A DNA stretch of 63,134 nucleotides, filler included, from Octopus bimaculoides (taxonomy: Eukaryota), in NCBI RefSeq assembly GCF_001194135.2. It is 4 parts of 4 records of this genome, joined end to end, with 100 filler letters (N's around TTAATTAATTAA, not from the genome) between each part and the next. Parts side by side here need not be neighbours in the genome. Positions count along the whole stretch, not along the records: positions 1 to 23,297 come from NC_068981.1; 3 more parts are not named here. One strand, given 5' to 3'. The notes below the pieces were generated by a model, which ran no database searches, was not told the origin of the DNA, and saw nothing but the letters and a program-made list of their open reading frames with translations. Below are positions 1 to 13,061 of this stretch, piece after piece. Position 1 is the first letter of the stretch. Each line of letters starts with the position of its first letter. Position numbers and translations under genes: made by a program.

Positions 1-31
<31 letters not shown>

Positions 32-367
32 CAGGTCCTCTTGTTGTGAATGACGAATGAAGGCTCAGTGGAATAAAGAGTTAATGACACAAATGTGTAT
101 CCAGAGTCCTTCTGGTGCCTTGCACACTTTTGTAAATGGAACAAGTTGGGTACTGAGTTTGCATCATTGCTTGTAGATAATTTTAATATGTGTTTTCTTG
201 AGTGGACGCAAGGCCTGTCTTGATTCGTGCCACAATGATGGGTAAGTTTTCCATTTAGAAGAGCAGCGTTGTACCACTGTGCCTTCATGCATGCACGAAG
301 TTGGTCCCGATGTTGGAGTCAACCTGACTGAAATTTTGGGACTGAGGAGGAGTAGGACTGGCGCTAT

Positions 368-800
368 TAGAGGCACAGTGGACATGATTTTAATCTTAAG
401 GCAACTGTAGGGAAAAGGTTTATAAGTACAACCGAGACCGTTTTGTGATTTTGTAGATCTAACTAAAAGCTTGTGACATCGTATCTAGGGACGCTTTCTG
501 TGTTATCCTTCGAAAGCTACGTGTCCCCGAAAAGATTCTCAATGTTATAGTTTCTATCTATCAAAGAAAGGATGATGAATTCTGTCAGATCTAAAGGGGA
601 ATTGCCCGATTCATTCACAGTTTCAAATGGTACAAAACATGGTTGTGTTCATGCACCGCTCTTTTATGCTTTGTATTCTCCATGATGTTGGAAACAACGT
701 ACGAGGGTGTTAAAGAAGCAGTAAACAACTTTGAGTACAGAACTGGTAGTGGCTTGTTTAACCAATACCGTTCCAGAGCAAAAACTAAGACTTTGGCGAA
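368..800 (+). mobile_element. RTE-clade LINE reverse transcriptase fragment (decayed)
   Basis: Manual translation across frameshifts and stops: RGTVDMILILRQL*GK, FVDLTK/ACDIVSRDAFCVILRKLRVPEKILNVI, FTVSNGTKHGCVHAPLF, EYRTGSGLFNQYRSRAKTK. These follow the order of RTE/BovB-type RT motifs. Confidence 0.8.
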
Positions 801-1314
801 AATAGTTCGAATTATATATATATATTAACATGTTTATCAGATAACACAGAGAGCGTATTATTATCAAAAATTATTGCTTCTGTATGTTGGTTCCCTGACG
901 ATGAATATATGTGCAATTCCAGTACCTCTTACTTCTTTGGAGTAGAGTGCACATATATTTTGAAACATATGTAGGAATTAAAGGAACTTCTTGTTTATAT
1001 GCGTTTTTCTCCATTTATTATATATATATGAGAGGAATTGGTATCCGGAAGACCAAAGATGACAGGTAAGGCTATGTAAGTGCTACTGGAGTTAGACTCG
1101 TGGTTCGATTATAATACGAGTAAGGAGGCTGATGCGGGATTTGTGTGAGCACGTAAATGTTAAATAAAATGAGACAACAAAAACAAGGGTATGTAGAATT
1201 TATAGAAGCTGTATGGAATTTATAAAGAGAAAAGTAGTTTTTCCGGGAAATTAAGGATATTCCTTCATCAAAGACGATGAGAGAGTTAACAAGAGGGAAA
1301 TAGTAGAGTTCAAT

Positions 1315-1487
1315 ATAAAGGGTTATTTTGGAAAATGATGAATATAGGAAGTATAAAGTGAAATAAGACAATAAAAACAAAAGTAAAAATATATGTAGGA
1401 TGTTACAGTTGCAGTTTCATTATCAAAGGCTTGGATTATTTCCCTTTATACTCCCTATATTCATCCTTTTCCAAAATACCCCCTTAT
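1315..1487. repeat. Imperfect inverted repeat with ~52-bp arms (MITE-like or fold-back)
   Basis: 1315-1367 (ataaagggttattttggaaaatgatgaatataggaagtataaagtgaaaataa) matches the reverse complement of 1436-1487; ~68-nt spacer. Confidence 0.7.
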
Positions 1488-4400
1488 TTGGGAGTATGTG
1501 TTTATGCAAACATTACCCCTGTGTCTGTATATATATATATGTGTGTACATATGTATATATATATATATATANNNNNNNNNNNNNNNNNNNNNNNNNNNNN
1601 NNNNNNNNNNNNNNNNNNNNNNNNNNNNNNNNNNNNNNNNNNNNNNNNNNNNNNNNNNNNNNNNNNNNNNNNNNNNNNNNNNNNNNNNNNNNNNNNNNNN
1701 NNNNNNNNNNNNNNNNNNNNNNNNNNNNNNNNNNNNNNNNNNNNNNNNNNNNNNNNNNNNNNNNNNNNNNNNNNNNNNNNNNNNNNNNNNNNNNNNNNNN
1801 NNNNNNNNNNNNNNNNNNNNNNNNNNNNNNNNNNNNNNNNNNNNNNNNNNNNNNNNNNNNNNNNNNNNNNNNNNNNNNNNNNNNNNNNNNNNNNNNNNNN
1901 NNNNNNNNNNNNNNNNNNNNNNNNNNNNNNNNNNNNNNNNNNNNNNNNNNNNNNNNNNNNNNNNNNNNNNNNNNNNNNNNNNNNNNNNNNNNNNNNNNNN
2001 NNNNNNNNNNNNNNNNNNNNNNNNNNNNNNNNNNNNNNNNNNNNNNNNNNNNNNNNNNNNNNNNNNNNNNNNNNNNNNNNNNNNNNNNNNNNNNNNNNNN
2101 NNNNNNNNNNNNNNNNNNNNNNNNNNNNNNNNNNNNNNNNNNNNNNNNNNNNNNNNNNNNNNNNNNNNNNNNNNNNNNNNNNNNNNNNNNNNNNNNNNNN
2201 NNNNNNNNNNNNNNNNNNNNNNNNNNNNNNNNNNNNNNNNNNNNNNNNNNNNNNNNNNNNNNNNNNNNNNNNNNNNNNNNNNNNNNNNNNNNNNNNNNNN
2301 NNNNNNNNNNNNNNNNNNNNNNNNNNNNNNNNNNNNNNGCAAACAATGCTTTTTTTCAATTAATCACTAATTGCATTGTATAATTATGGTTTTGTTTAAA
2401 ACTATACTTTAGTCATGCTTATTTTCTTCAATTTTCTTTTATCAGTTTCTCTTTGTGCAAATGATTTTTCTTTATTCTCTTTTACTGATTACTCGGAACG
2501 ACGTTGCGCTCTCTTAGTCAGAGATAATAGTCTGAAAGTCTGGTTAATGAATCTTTCAAACAAAATAGAAATGAACAGCAAGGAAAAGTGGAAGACATGA
2601 ATAAATTAGAAGATAGTAACAACTCCGATAACGATAACACAACGGATTTTATGGGAAGATTCCAATTGTAATCACGATTAGAAATTAATTGAGAAATGAT
2701 TATGAAGTAATTCCCATTTTATTTCTCCTAAGATTGTTTGAAACTAATGAGATGTTTCCTTGTATCTTTGTCTTAAATATCTACATCATGCAAAAAATAG
2801 GTTAGCTTATTCGGAGCTGCTAACCTGTATATTTTACATTCAGCAGTCTTATACGATGAAATGTAATTTACTTAATATATAATTCACGTGTTCATCCATA
2901 TATAGATAACTAATATCAAAATATCATTTGTATACTTGGTTATTACTAGCCCATAAATACATAATGTACATGCATGGTCAACTGAATCTTCTTCTATATA
3001 TAAAACTATAATTTATAGATTCGGGCGACATGAAATACGAAGTTTACTTCACAAAATATGAAGTAAAGACATCATGGACGATAGTAAATTCCATTAATTT
3101 ATTTATTAGGACGCCCTACTGTTTCTTAAACTTTAGAGAAATATACATTATACTAGCAATATCTGTATTTAATTATGCCTACGATTTCTTAATATGTTCT
3201 ACGGAATATGGTTTGGTAATCAACCTTGTCCAAAATAAAAGCATCTAGCAAGCTGATTCATTAACACTGCTTCGAATTAATTTTAAATCTCATTCAATTC
3301 CGTGTTAGATTTAAGCTCTCTTGTCTTGTAAAAAACAAATCATAAGTCTCAGTATCAAATCCTGCTCTTCCATGACAATATAATTACAATGGAAATTTCA
3401 AAATTTAATCGTTATAAATGTTTCGTCGTCCATATTACTTCAGCAATGATATACATTAAAATCCTTCCTGGATATAACATGAATATCACAACTTTCACCA
3501 GAAACTTAATGATGATTGAGTTTTTCAATATAAAAAAATATAAAATTATATTATCTAAATTATCTAAAATGCTAATGTAGCTGAAGGCTTGAATCAGGGA
3601 ATTATAGGCTGCATTCCTCTGATATTGGTGAAGAGACAAATTTGACTAATTTCTATTATAATCAACAAAACAATAGATTATATATTTGCTACGTTCATTT
3701 ACATAGATGTGAATGATACTTAGCTCGCGAAACTGGAGCAGAATCTCAATATATGGTCAAATAGTACCCATACAAATACTTGCTTGTGATTTCATTCCCA
3801 GCTATGTCTCATAGAGTATAAGTATGATTGTTATTCCTTGCAAAGAATATATAATATCACCTTTTATAATTACCTCACATTCAATGTACTTTAATGAAGA
3901 AATTTAATGAATGCTAGTCGGTGTTTCCAGATGTTACCTATTGCATTTTGTTGTGAAGGTTAATTGAACTTTATTTTATGTAGTTTTCTACTCATCAGAA
4001 ACTGCAAGAGAGCTAGTGTTACCAAACGAGCTGCAAAGATGCTGTATTTATATACATATATATTACAGCATGTGTATTGAGTGCTTGAATGTTTGAGAGT
4101 AAAATGCACTGGTCATAATATAGTGTAGCACTGGGCACGAATTGAGGACATCTCAATTGCTTGTAATGTAACTTAGCTGTTCTCAGTGAAATTTGGCGCA
4201 AAACAGACTTTTGCACTCACTATATTCAACCATATCATATATCACTCACATGGTATCAACAATAATTCAAAATTTGTCTTAAGAACACAGGTTTCTTTGG
4301 ATGTCGTCTGATTTGAACCAGTAAAGACAAAACAGATTTAGTTTTACCAATGCGATGAGATTTCAAATTAGATTATAGAAAGTCCGACGTAAATAGTGAA

Positions 4401-6169
4401 AATCATCTAATCAGTAGTTTATCTAGTCTCAGTCTAGAAAGACGTCAACATTTACAAATATTGATTTCTTATATCGGCACATCGTGAAAAAATCTATATG
4501 AAAATGAATATAAAAATCTATGATATTCAAGCATGTCGCAAAAATATCATTAAGATAACTGAAATCTAAATGGATACAATAGGAAAGCAAAACCGAGAAT
4601 TTATCTCTGGGACTTGAGCTTTCATAATAACATTAACATATCGTGATTTCTGTTGTCAATGCATAGAAAACAAATATTTCAGAGCAGCTAAAATAAGGAA
4701 AGACGATGTTGTGAGGTTGATACTTTTTCGCAAAGATATTACCGAGTGTTAGCGAGATTACACGCTTGCTGTTTGGCTGTCACCGCTAATTTTTACTAGT
4801 AAGTTACATTCAAATGAACCAACAATCGTATTATATTCCGAGAAATGTCTTATGATCTGAAGGAGTTAAATGCCAAGTTGTCCCAGCTGATTACTAGTTC
4901 ACAACACAAAGACATTAAAATTAGTGCTGCTTGTTTTTCATTATATGTTTAAAGGCAATATTTTAACTCAGTATTTTACTGGGAGAGCAGACATTTCAAA
5001 CTACAGGAAAATATTAGCAAAAGTTTAGTTATAAATATAGACATAATTTTTCTGGGTTAAAGTATCGAGTCGAAACTCAACAGAACATCAGTCTAAAAGC
5101 CCCACCGTATTTGATTGGTTTTTATTTTCATCGATTATGAGTTTATATACAGGAAATCAGCATGTGGTTAGAATCGAATCACTCCAATATATTCATTCCC
5201 ATAAGATTTGTGTACTTTAGCTTATACAAGAAACCAATACCTTGTGGAACGTCAGTGAGCTACAACTTACAAAATATTTGAAAAGATAAGACCTCTAAAA
5301 ATAAAGAGAACAACATGATTTTGTAACTGTAGCCAATAAATGTAACTGCAATTTACTGAAATAATACCATTTGGGAAAACATATATATTATGGTGTTTTT
5401 GTGATCACTGAGCAATATATCACAAACGAAGAGTTAACAAATGCCACAATATCCTTATTTTGTTTACTAAAATTTTAGAATATTTTAGGACTCGTGAATT
5501 TGAAGGCAACCATTACAAGTGTTTTTATTCGTTTTAGATGGCTTTTTATTTAAATTTTGGACATCGTTTATATACATTATATACAAAATTTAGCTGTATT
5601 TTACTTTAAATTATTATTGTATATCCGTAGCTTAACGTTCGATTGTTTATTTTAGGATAAAAAGGAAACAAATATTACCATTAAATGGAATGACAGCCGA
5701 TGGCTGACACGTTTTGCTTTTTCTAAGAAAATTATGGAATACATTTTTGTGTTTAATCGCAGCTAACCTTTACACAAAATATTTTTCGTACAGATACAAT
5801 ATAATGAAATATGTAATAAAACTTTCATTAACAACAATGTATAAATGAATAAAATAAAAAGCTCATAAACATGCAAATAAAAAGAGATTAAATAAGTGAT
5901 GCTTTATTGCTTGATAAAAGCAACAAATAAGAGAATGATGTATGCTTTAGAATTTCTGTTTGAATTTTAATGTAGATATGCATAATTCTATGAAAAATAA
6001 AGTTTATGGCAGATTTAGTTTGATAAGAAATAAAATTATATTTCAATTATTTATCCTGTCTACGATAACAGCTTTGGTTTGTTGAAAACCGATTTCTATA
6101 TTTGTCTCGAAACAAAATTATATCCTTTTGGTCATTATGAAGCGACATTATTAAAACTGTATGCTAGGA

Positions 6170-6300
6170 TAATCGTTATCACGCGGACCAAACGTTTAAC
6201 GACGTTTCTTCTGGTTTTACTTCTAAATTTAAATTTCACGGAGTCAACTTTGCTTTTCATCCTTTCGAGCTCAGTAAAATTAGTACCAGGCGTATGTAAT
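6170..6300 (+). mobile_element. Degenerate SINE family B
   Basis: Contains gtcaactttgcttttcatcctttcgagctcagtaaaattagtaccag, a diverged version of the family B central block. Confidence 0.6.
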
Positions 6301-7096
6301 ACGTTAGTTCCTCTCATAAAATTTCAGGTTTCGCGCCGATAGTAGAAATAATTATTAAAGGTCTTTAAAGTTGCGATGGCTACCGACGATGCGGATTAAG
6401 TTTCCAGCGACCAGTATTTACAGCCTAGTTTTGAATATGTTGAAAGTGATCGGTCTCATACTAATTCATATTTGCTTATTAGTAATAAGTACCTTAGATT
6501 ATGATACGTGAATCTGTCGATAAAACGTTTCGGTTTACTAGGCAAATGCAATAAGTAATTATTGGAAGTCACCGAAGATGATTCTGTAAAATGGTAGTAA
6601 TTTCTCCATTCTACCTTGGTAACTTACAAGGAATAACTTTGTCATCTACACGCAGAAGTGACGAATTATTACCTAAAACATTATCGGTAGTTGTGTTATC
6701 GATCAAGTGGAGATGAAAAAGTATGGCTACTACGTTCAAAAGGATTTGGAAACTAAATGAAAAATGATGCTTCTATCAGTTTCGTGGAATTGGACATGGT
6801 GCTTCACCATTTCTACCTTTTCTAATTTTATTTAAATTTTATATGTGTTTTTGTTTAGTCAAATATATTGATACCAGAGCATATTTTAAAACCTTGTACT
6901 TAATATATTTGTCACTCGATGAATCAATAAATTACGTGAATGGAAAGAAACCAATGAGAGTTGACTAGCCGTTAGACAGACAAACACAGATACAAAGACC
7001 ACAGATATACGTACTTACATACATACACATATATACACACATACACATATATACACACATACACATCTGTCTGTCTATCTGCCTGTCTCTCTTCTG

Positions 7097-7118
7097 TTTA
7101 TGTATGTATGTATGTATG

Positions 7119-7200
<82 letters not shown>
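7097..7200. repeat. (TATG)n-(TCTA)n compound microsatellite
   Basis: Direct inspection. Confidence 0.95.
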
Positions 7201-7257
7201 CCTGCCTTCTAATTTTTTCAGCAGAAGTCGAATAAATGGACGCCAGTATTTATCTCC

Positions 7258-7400
7258 TTAAACCTGATACTTATTCTACAGGAATCATTTGGTGAACCAC
7301 TAATTTACGGGGACTATAGTAGAAGACATTGGCTCAAACTGCCATGCAGTGGGACTAAACCTTGAACCATGTGGTCAGGAAGTAAACTTCCTCGCACACT
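7258..7400 (-). mobile_element. Internally deleted SINE family A
   Basis: Tail piece (acttattcta...gaaccactaatttacgggga) is joined to head piece (ctatagtagaagaca...gggactaaaccttgaaccatgtgg). Confidence 0.55.
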
Positions 7401-8772
7401 TCCATGTTTGCGAAAACGCAAGCGTGACTATATGGTATACAGACATGCATTCATACATATACACATATACACACACATATACATACGTACCTTTATACAC
7501 CTACATATACAAATACATACATACATCACAATATATATATTAACCTTTACGGGCTTAACTTATCCTCTAAGCAAATATATATATATATATATTTGCTTAG
7601 AGGATAAGTTAACCTCGTAAAGGTATGGTTACATCCAAGCAAATACTTATTTTATACCTAGTATTTTGGGAAAATGAAACTTGTTTGAAACCAGTAGGTA
7701 TATGTTAAGAATAAAGTTCATGTTCAGTTAAATGAAAGAAAGAAAATGGTGATTTAAGACTATTATAATTATTTCTTCTTAAAAACATTGGTAATCTTTG
7801 TTTCTTACAGTCGTTACCATTACTGCTCAATAGGTAACTTACAAATTTATGCATTAAATTTGTATTCATATATTATGAGCATAATTTCATCAGAGAAAAA
7901 GACATACATTAAGATATTACATGCTGACCTTTCTGTTCATGCAAGCACACACGTTTGTAAATAAATGCAAATTTAATGCATAAATTTCTAATTTACCTAT
8001 TGATAACTAATGGATGCATTGTTAGAAGTAAAGATTACCGATCTTTTATTAAAAAATAATCATTATTATTTTAACTCTACATTTTCTTTCTTCATTTAAC
8101 TGAACATGAACTTTAATCTCTCTCTCAGTATNNNNNNNNNNNNNNNNNNNNNNNNNNNNNNNNNNNNNNNNNNNNNNNNNNNNNNNNNNNNNNNNNNNNN
8201 NNNNNNNNNNNNNNNNNNNNNNNNNNNNNNNNNNNNNNNNNNNNNNNNNNNNNNNNNNNNNNNNNNNNNNNNNNNNNNNNNNNNNNNNNNNNNNNNNNNN
8301 NNNNNNNNNNNNNNNNNNNNNNNNNNNNNNNNNNNNNNNNNNNNNNNNNNNNNNNNNNNNNNNNNNNNNNNNNNNNNNNNNNNNNNNNNNNNNNNNNNNN
8401 NNNNNNNNNNNNNNNNNNNNNNNNNNNNNNNNNNNNNNNNNNNNNNNNNNNNNNNNNNNNNNNNNNNNNNNNNNNNNNNNNNNNNNNNNNNNNNNNNNNN
8501 NNNNNNNNNNNNNNNNNNNNNNNNNNNNNNNNNNNNNNNNNNNNNNNNNNNNNNNNNNNNNNNNNNNNNNNNNNNNNNNNNNNNNNNNNNNNNNNNNNNN
8601 NNNNNNNNNNNNNNNNNNNNNNNNNNNNNNNNNNNNNNNNNNNNNNNNNNNNNNNNNNNNNNNNNNNNNNNNNNNNNNNNNNNNNNNNNNNNNNNNNNNN
8701 NNNNNNNNNNNNNNNNNNNNNNNNNNNNNNNNNNNNNNNNNNNNNNNNTATATATATATATATATATATATA

Positions 8773-9028
8773 TGTTGTGTTCTTGAGCAAGACACTTTAT
8801 TTCACGTTGCTCCAGTTCACTCAGCTGTAGAAATGAGTCGTGACATCACTCTTGTCAAGCTGTATCGGCCTTTGCCTTATCCCTTGGATAACACTGGTGG
8901 CGTGGAGAGGGGTGGCCGGTATACATGGGCGATTGCTGGTCTTCCATAAACAACCTTGCCCAGATTTGTGCCTGGGAGGGTAAATTTCTAGGTGCAATCC
9001 CATGGTCAGTCATGACCGAAAGGTGTCT
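8773..9028 (+). mobile_element. SINE family D, 5' end lost at or before the gap
   Basis: Homologous over ~250 bp to the reverse complement of the full copy at 45008-45343. Confidence 0.8.
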
Positions 9029-9092
9029 GAGCATATATATTTATATAAAGACATATATATATACACACACTCACACACACAGTCACATAACA

Positions 9093-9880
9093 CTGGGTGC
9101 GATTGGTAAATTGTCGCCATTTTATAGTTTTAATTTCGTGCATGTGCATTGTTTACTTTTGATTTTGTCGTCTACGCAGTATAGTAGGTCATTTGGACAC
9201 TGTTGTGACAGCACTATGACTTAATTCGCTCTGCCAGAAATTTGGAAACGACATGCTGCGCTGCTTGGAATTCGCGCCAAAAGTGCCAATACGAACATTG
9301 CAGAATATTTGGGTGTCAATTTGAGGACATTTTCCGAGAGAAATAAAAATAAAACATTCGGTCACATCCTGATGTTTGGAGTGATCAGTAGTAATGGCAA
9401 TGTTATGCCTCCATTCATGTTCTCACACGGCCTCAGACTCTATACAGAGGTCTGCATCGAGTGCTTGGAGGAGGTAGTGCTGCCCTGTGTCAAGAGAGTG
9501 GCTGCTGAAAGACATGTCTAGCAACAGGACTCTATGCCACACATGCAAGAGAACCTAGTCATGGCTGTCAGACAATTTCTGCGACCACATCACTCCTAAC
9601 ATCTGGCCACCTAACCCCCCAGACTGCAACCGCTTTGTTTATTATGTGTGGGGTACAGTTGAGTGAGATTCCAAGATGACTCTTTTAACACCAAAGATGA
9701 ACTGAAGGCAAGGATTATGGCACCATTCACTAGCTTCAACAAGGAGACCGTCTAGAACAGTTGCAGGAAATTCTGAAGTCGTTAACATGTAATTTTGGTA
9801 AATATATATGTTTAAAATGAGATATTAATATTATTTTCATTTTTGTGCAATTTAGTCGGCAGTTTATCCACCGCATCCTG
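9093..9880 (+). mobile_element. Tc1/mariner (maT/DD37D-like) internally deleted DNA transposon
   Basis: Translation EIWKRHAALLGIRA...LGVNLRT joined to GHILMFGVISSNGNVMPPF...V*QQDS and WLSDNFCDHITPNIWPPNPPDCN...YVWGTVE. Degenerate TIRs at 9093 and ending 9880 (18/26 match); TA follows the right end. Confidence 0.75.
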
Positions 9881-11112
9881 TATACGTATACATGCGCGCG
9901 CGCACACGCACATATTCAAGACATCATGGAGAATTATACGTCTTCAAGATTTATTCATTTATTACAGTATTATTCTCATTATGTTCACATTCGATGTGAA
10001 TCCGACAGGTGTTTCTGCTAAATAAGTGTTCTAGTAGCATTCATTCGCAGTACATATTCATTCAAGGTAGACATTTCTGAACAGTTTTGTTCAATGTTTT
10101 ACTCATTTGGGTGGGTAAAGTGAACTGAGGAATACGTCTAAGAATATATTCTGAGGGAGCATATAACCTCAGGATAGAGAATGATCGTTGTATATATTGA
10201 GGAAACAGGCTATTTCATACACTTAACAGGAGAAAAAAAATTAAGTCAGAATGCATTCTCATCACTGACCACTCATAAATAGGATACCACGATACCATGT
10301 AAGATAAATGAACAAATTTAAAAGGAATCGAGTGAACAAATAAATAGTTGTCGTTTCAATTTCGATAGTCTTACCACTCCATAGCAATAAAGTTTTATGC
10401 TTTTTTGAATATTAGAAGTCTAGAATTGGTTGCGATGAATAAAGTAAGTTGAAATTTTAACCGTTTTTTGTCTCAATTAAACAAAAATAAAAAAGAAAAA
10501 TATATCATATAAATAAAAATAGTACATAGCATTTCATTCGGTACACGCTCATAAGAAAAACATGCTTTGAACATATATATATATATATATATATANNNNN
10601 NNNNNNNNNNNNNNNNNNNNNNNNNNNNNNNNNNNNNNNNNNNNNNNNNNNNNNNNNNNNNNNNNNNNNNNNNNNNNNNNNNNNNNNNNNNNNNNNNNNN
10701 NNNNNNNNNNNNNNNNNNNNNNNNNNNNNNNNNNNNNNNNNNNNNNNNNNNNNNNNNNNNNNNNNNNNNNNNNNNNNNNNNNNNNNNNNNNNNNNNNNNN
10801 NNNNNNNNNNNNNNNNNNNNNNNNNNNNNNNNNNNNNNNNNNNNNNNNNNNNNNNNNNNNNNNNNNNNNNNNNNNNNNNNNNNNNNNNNNNNNNNNNNNN
10901 NNNNNNNNNNNNNNNNNNNNNNNNNNNNNNNNNNNNNNNNNNNNNNNNNNNNNNNNNNNNNNNNNNNNNNNNNNNNNNNNNNNNNNNNNNNNNNNNNNNN
11001 NNNNNNNNNNNNNNNNNNNNNNNNNNNNNNNNNNNNNNNNNNNNNNNNNNNNNNNNNNNNNNNNNNNNNNNNNNNNNNNNNNNNNNNNNNNNNNNNNNNN
11101 NNNNNNNNNNNN

Positions 11113-11197
<85 letters not shown>

Positions 11198-11939
11198 CAT
11201 ACAAATATATATATATATATAGAAATATATATATATACATACACGCATATATATATGTATGTGTGCCTGTATGTATGCGTATATATGTACATACATACAC
11301 ACATATATGCATGTGTATAATATGTAATCGCAAATTTTATTTTATATTACTTATTGTTATGTTTATTTCTGTATATTTTATGGGTGTTCATAATTTATGT
11401 ATGCTATTTGAAATCGAAATTGAACTGTTATGAAATAACATCAAGTTATTAGTTAATTAATTTTATTAATGGCATTCACTTTAAGAATCAATTGAATCGA
11501 GCATATATAACACAGCTATGCCCTTCCTCGTAGTGAAACATCCCCCGTCTCCCATCTCGCCTTTATATTCCGTATTCATTTTGTCATTTAGTTTTCGTTT
11601 TAGTTTTCATGCGTTTATGTAAATTTATATATATTTATAAAAAGCTGTAAAATTCTATATGTAAATTGTAAGTAAACGTGCATCTATAAATTATGAGAAT
11701 TATTGCATCTATATACTTTTATTTTATATTGCCTTCTTATAGGGTGGAAAATTTTATTTTTAAAACAAAATCACAGTATTAAGAAAGAATTACATTTTAT
11801 TTAAATTTCCTCCTATGAAGTTCAAATAGAGATCAAGTTCAGCAGAAGTCGTATTATTAGGCTGATTAATTGCAGAGTTAAAATTTACTCGATTCCCACG
11901 TTCTCCCCGTTTAATAAATGTTTCAACATAATACTTTTA

Positions 11940-12840
11940 CGCTTGGTATGGTTACTTGTACAAACCAAGAATTCAAAAGGACTCAAGATACACCGATCCA
12001 GGTCGGACCGTTGGAAGGAAGAGCCACAGATGCAGTTCTCACTGGTAGAACCCGTTGGAAAATCAATAGTTGGGGAGGTATGGGAAGTAAAGGGTCATTG
12101 CAGAAAGATCTGCAAGAATGGAAAAAGGGGTCAAGAGACACTGAGCTAGGTCTGTCTGTGGAAAAGAGGAGGCACAGGTGCAGCGCACAGAGACGCAGGA
12201 GATGTTCAGGCAGGAAGCACCCAACAGGACTGGATGTCTCTCAGTACCTGTGTCATCTCAAGGCCTCAAGAGGGGCAACACATACAATACCACACCTGAG
12301 AGCTAATCCCAGCCAGCGAAAGAACGAATCAAATGGCCCAAGATGGATGCAACAAAGAAATGGCAACAACTGCACCAAGACTTCAACATCATCCTACCAT
12401 GCTCAAAGAAGGTGGAAGGATGTTTTGTGCCAAAAGAAGCAAACTTCACAGCCGTTACTCACACTCCCGTGGGAAGAGGTGTTTGATGAGACCCATGAAC
12501 GGAAGCGTGACAGATTTGAGAGCCTTCTGCAGGATTGCAGGGAAAAGGGATGGCAGATATGTCTCAGATTCCCTGCTCCGTCGGTATGGAGGATGCTTAC
12601 AGCAGGTGGAATAAGAGGTAATGAACGAAGGGTGGCTCTGCGCTGGATGGGAGAGGCTTCTGAAAGAGGCACTTGGAACAAGAAAGAGGCTTTGGAACAA
12701 GAGAGAAGAAATAAGCTGGAAGCCAGGAGAAAATGAGTATCAGTAACTTGGTCACCTCTGCCGACCCACCAACGGGTGGGTGATACGGCTCAGGGTCGAA
12801 ACACCCGATGAATGTTGGATACCGTCTGATGACATCAGTT
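11940..12840 (+). mobile_element. HERO-like non-LTR retrotransposon remnant (RLE domain plus 3' UTR, no RT)
   Basis: LTLPWEEVFDETHERKRDRFESLLQDCREKGWQ...SVWRMLTAGGIRGNERRVALRWMGEASER resembles the recalled HERO RLE C-terminus; KNSKGLKIH resembles the N-terminal zinc finger. Confidence 0.7.
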
Positions 12841-12959
12841 CCTCCTGGTCAAGGCTTCGTTACTTTGGTGAATGGAAAAAGCACCTCCATATAGGTGTCA
12901 TTAATATACCAATAGAAATAACATTACTACCGAAGCCATAAATATTTAGCATATTCTAT

Positions 12960-13061
12960 TTTCGAGTGAGCGTCTTTAAACATCAAAATGGTTATGGGGC
13001 TCCACCAGATTGGAATAGTAATTCAAGGTGTCCACGGGTAAAATACCGTTGAGAACCGCTG
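12960..13061. mobile_element. Possible hAT-type MITE end
   Basis: Ends in ggtgtccacgggtaaaataccgttgagaaccgctg, the reverse complement of a CAGYGGTTCTCAAC-type TIR. No partner TIR identified. Confidence 0.35.

Noticed and set aside
30-330. Possible minus-strand RTE 3' remnant (TKVCKAPEGLWIH)
   Set aside because: Only one partial finger-like motif; too weak to call.
895-925. ctgacga-t-gaat...attc hammerhead-like string
   Set aside because: GAAA is missing entirely.
1400-2383. Long ORFs spanning N runs (here and at all other gaps)
   Set aside because: They are open only because Ns cannot encode stops; the flanks are microsatellite translations.
2530-2670. Purine-rich open stretch SESLVNESFKQNRNEQQGKVEDMNK...
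   Set aside because: No adequate in-frame acceptor and no recognisable homology.
11918-12736. 272-aa ORF as a host gene
   Set aside because: It stitches together in-frame and out-of-frame pieces of a decayed HERO-like element.
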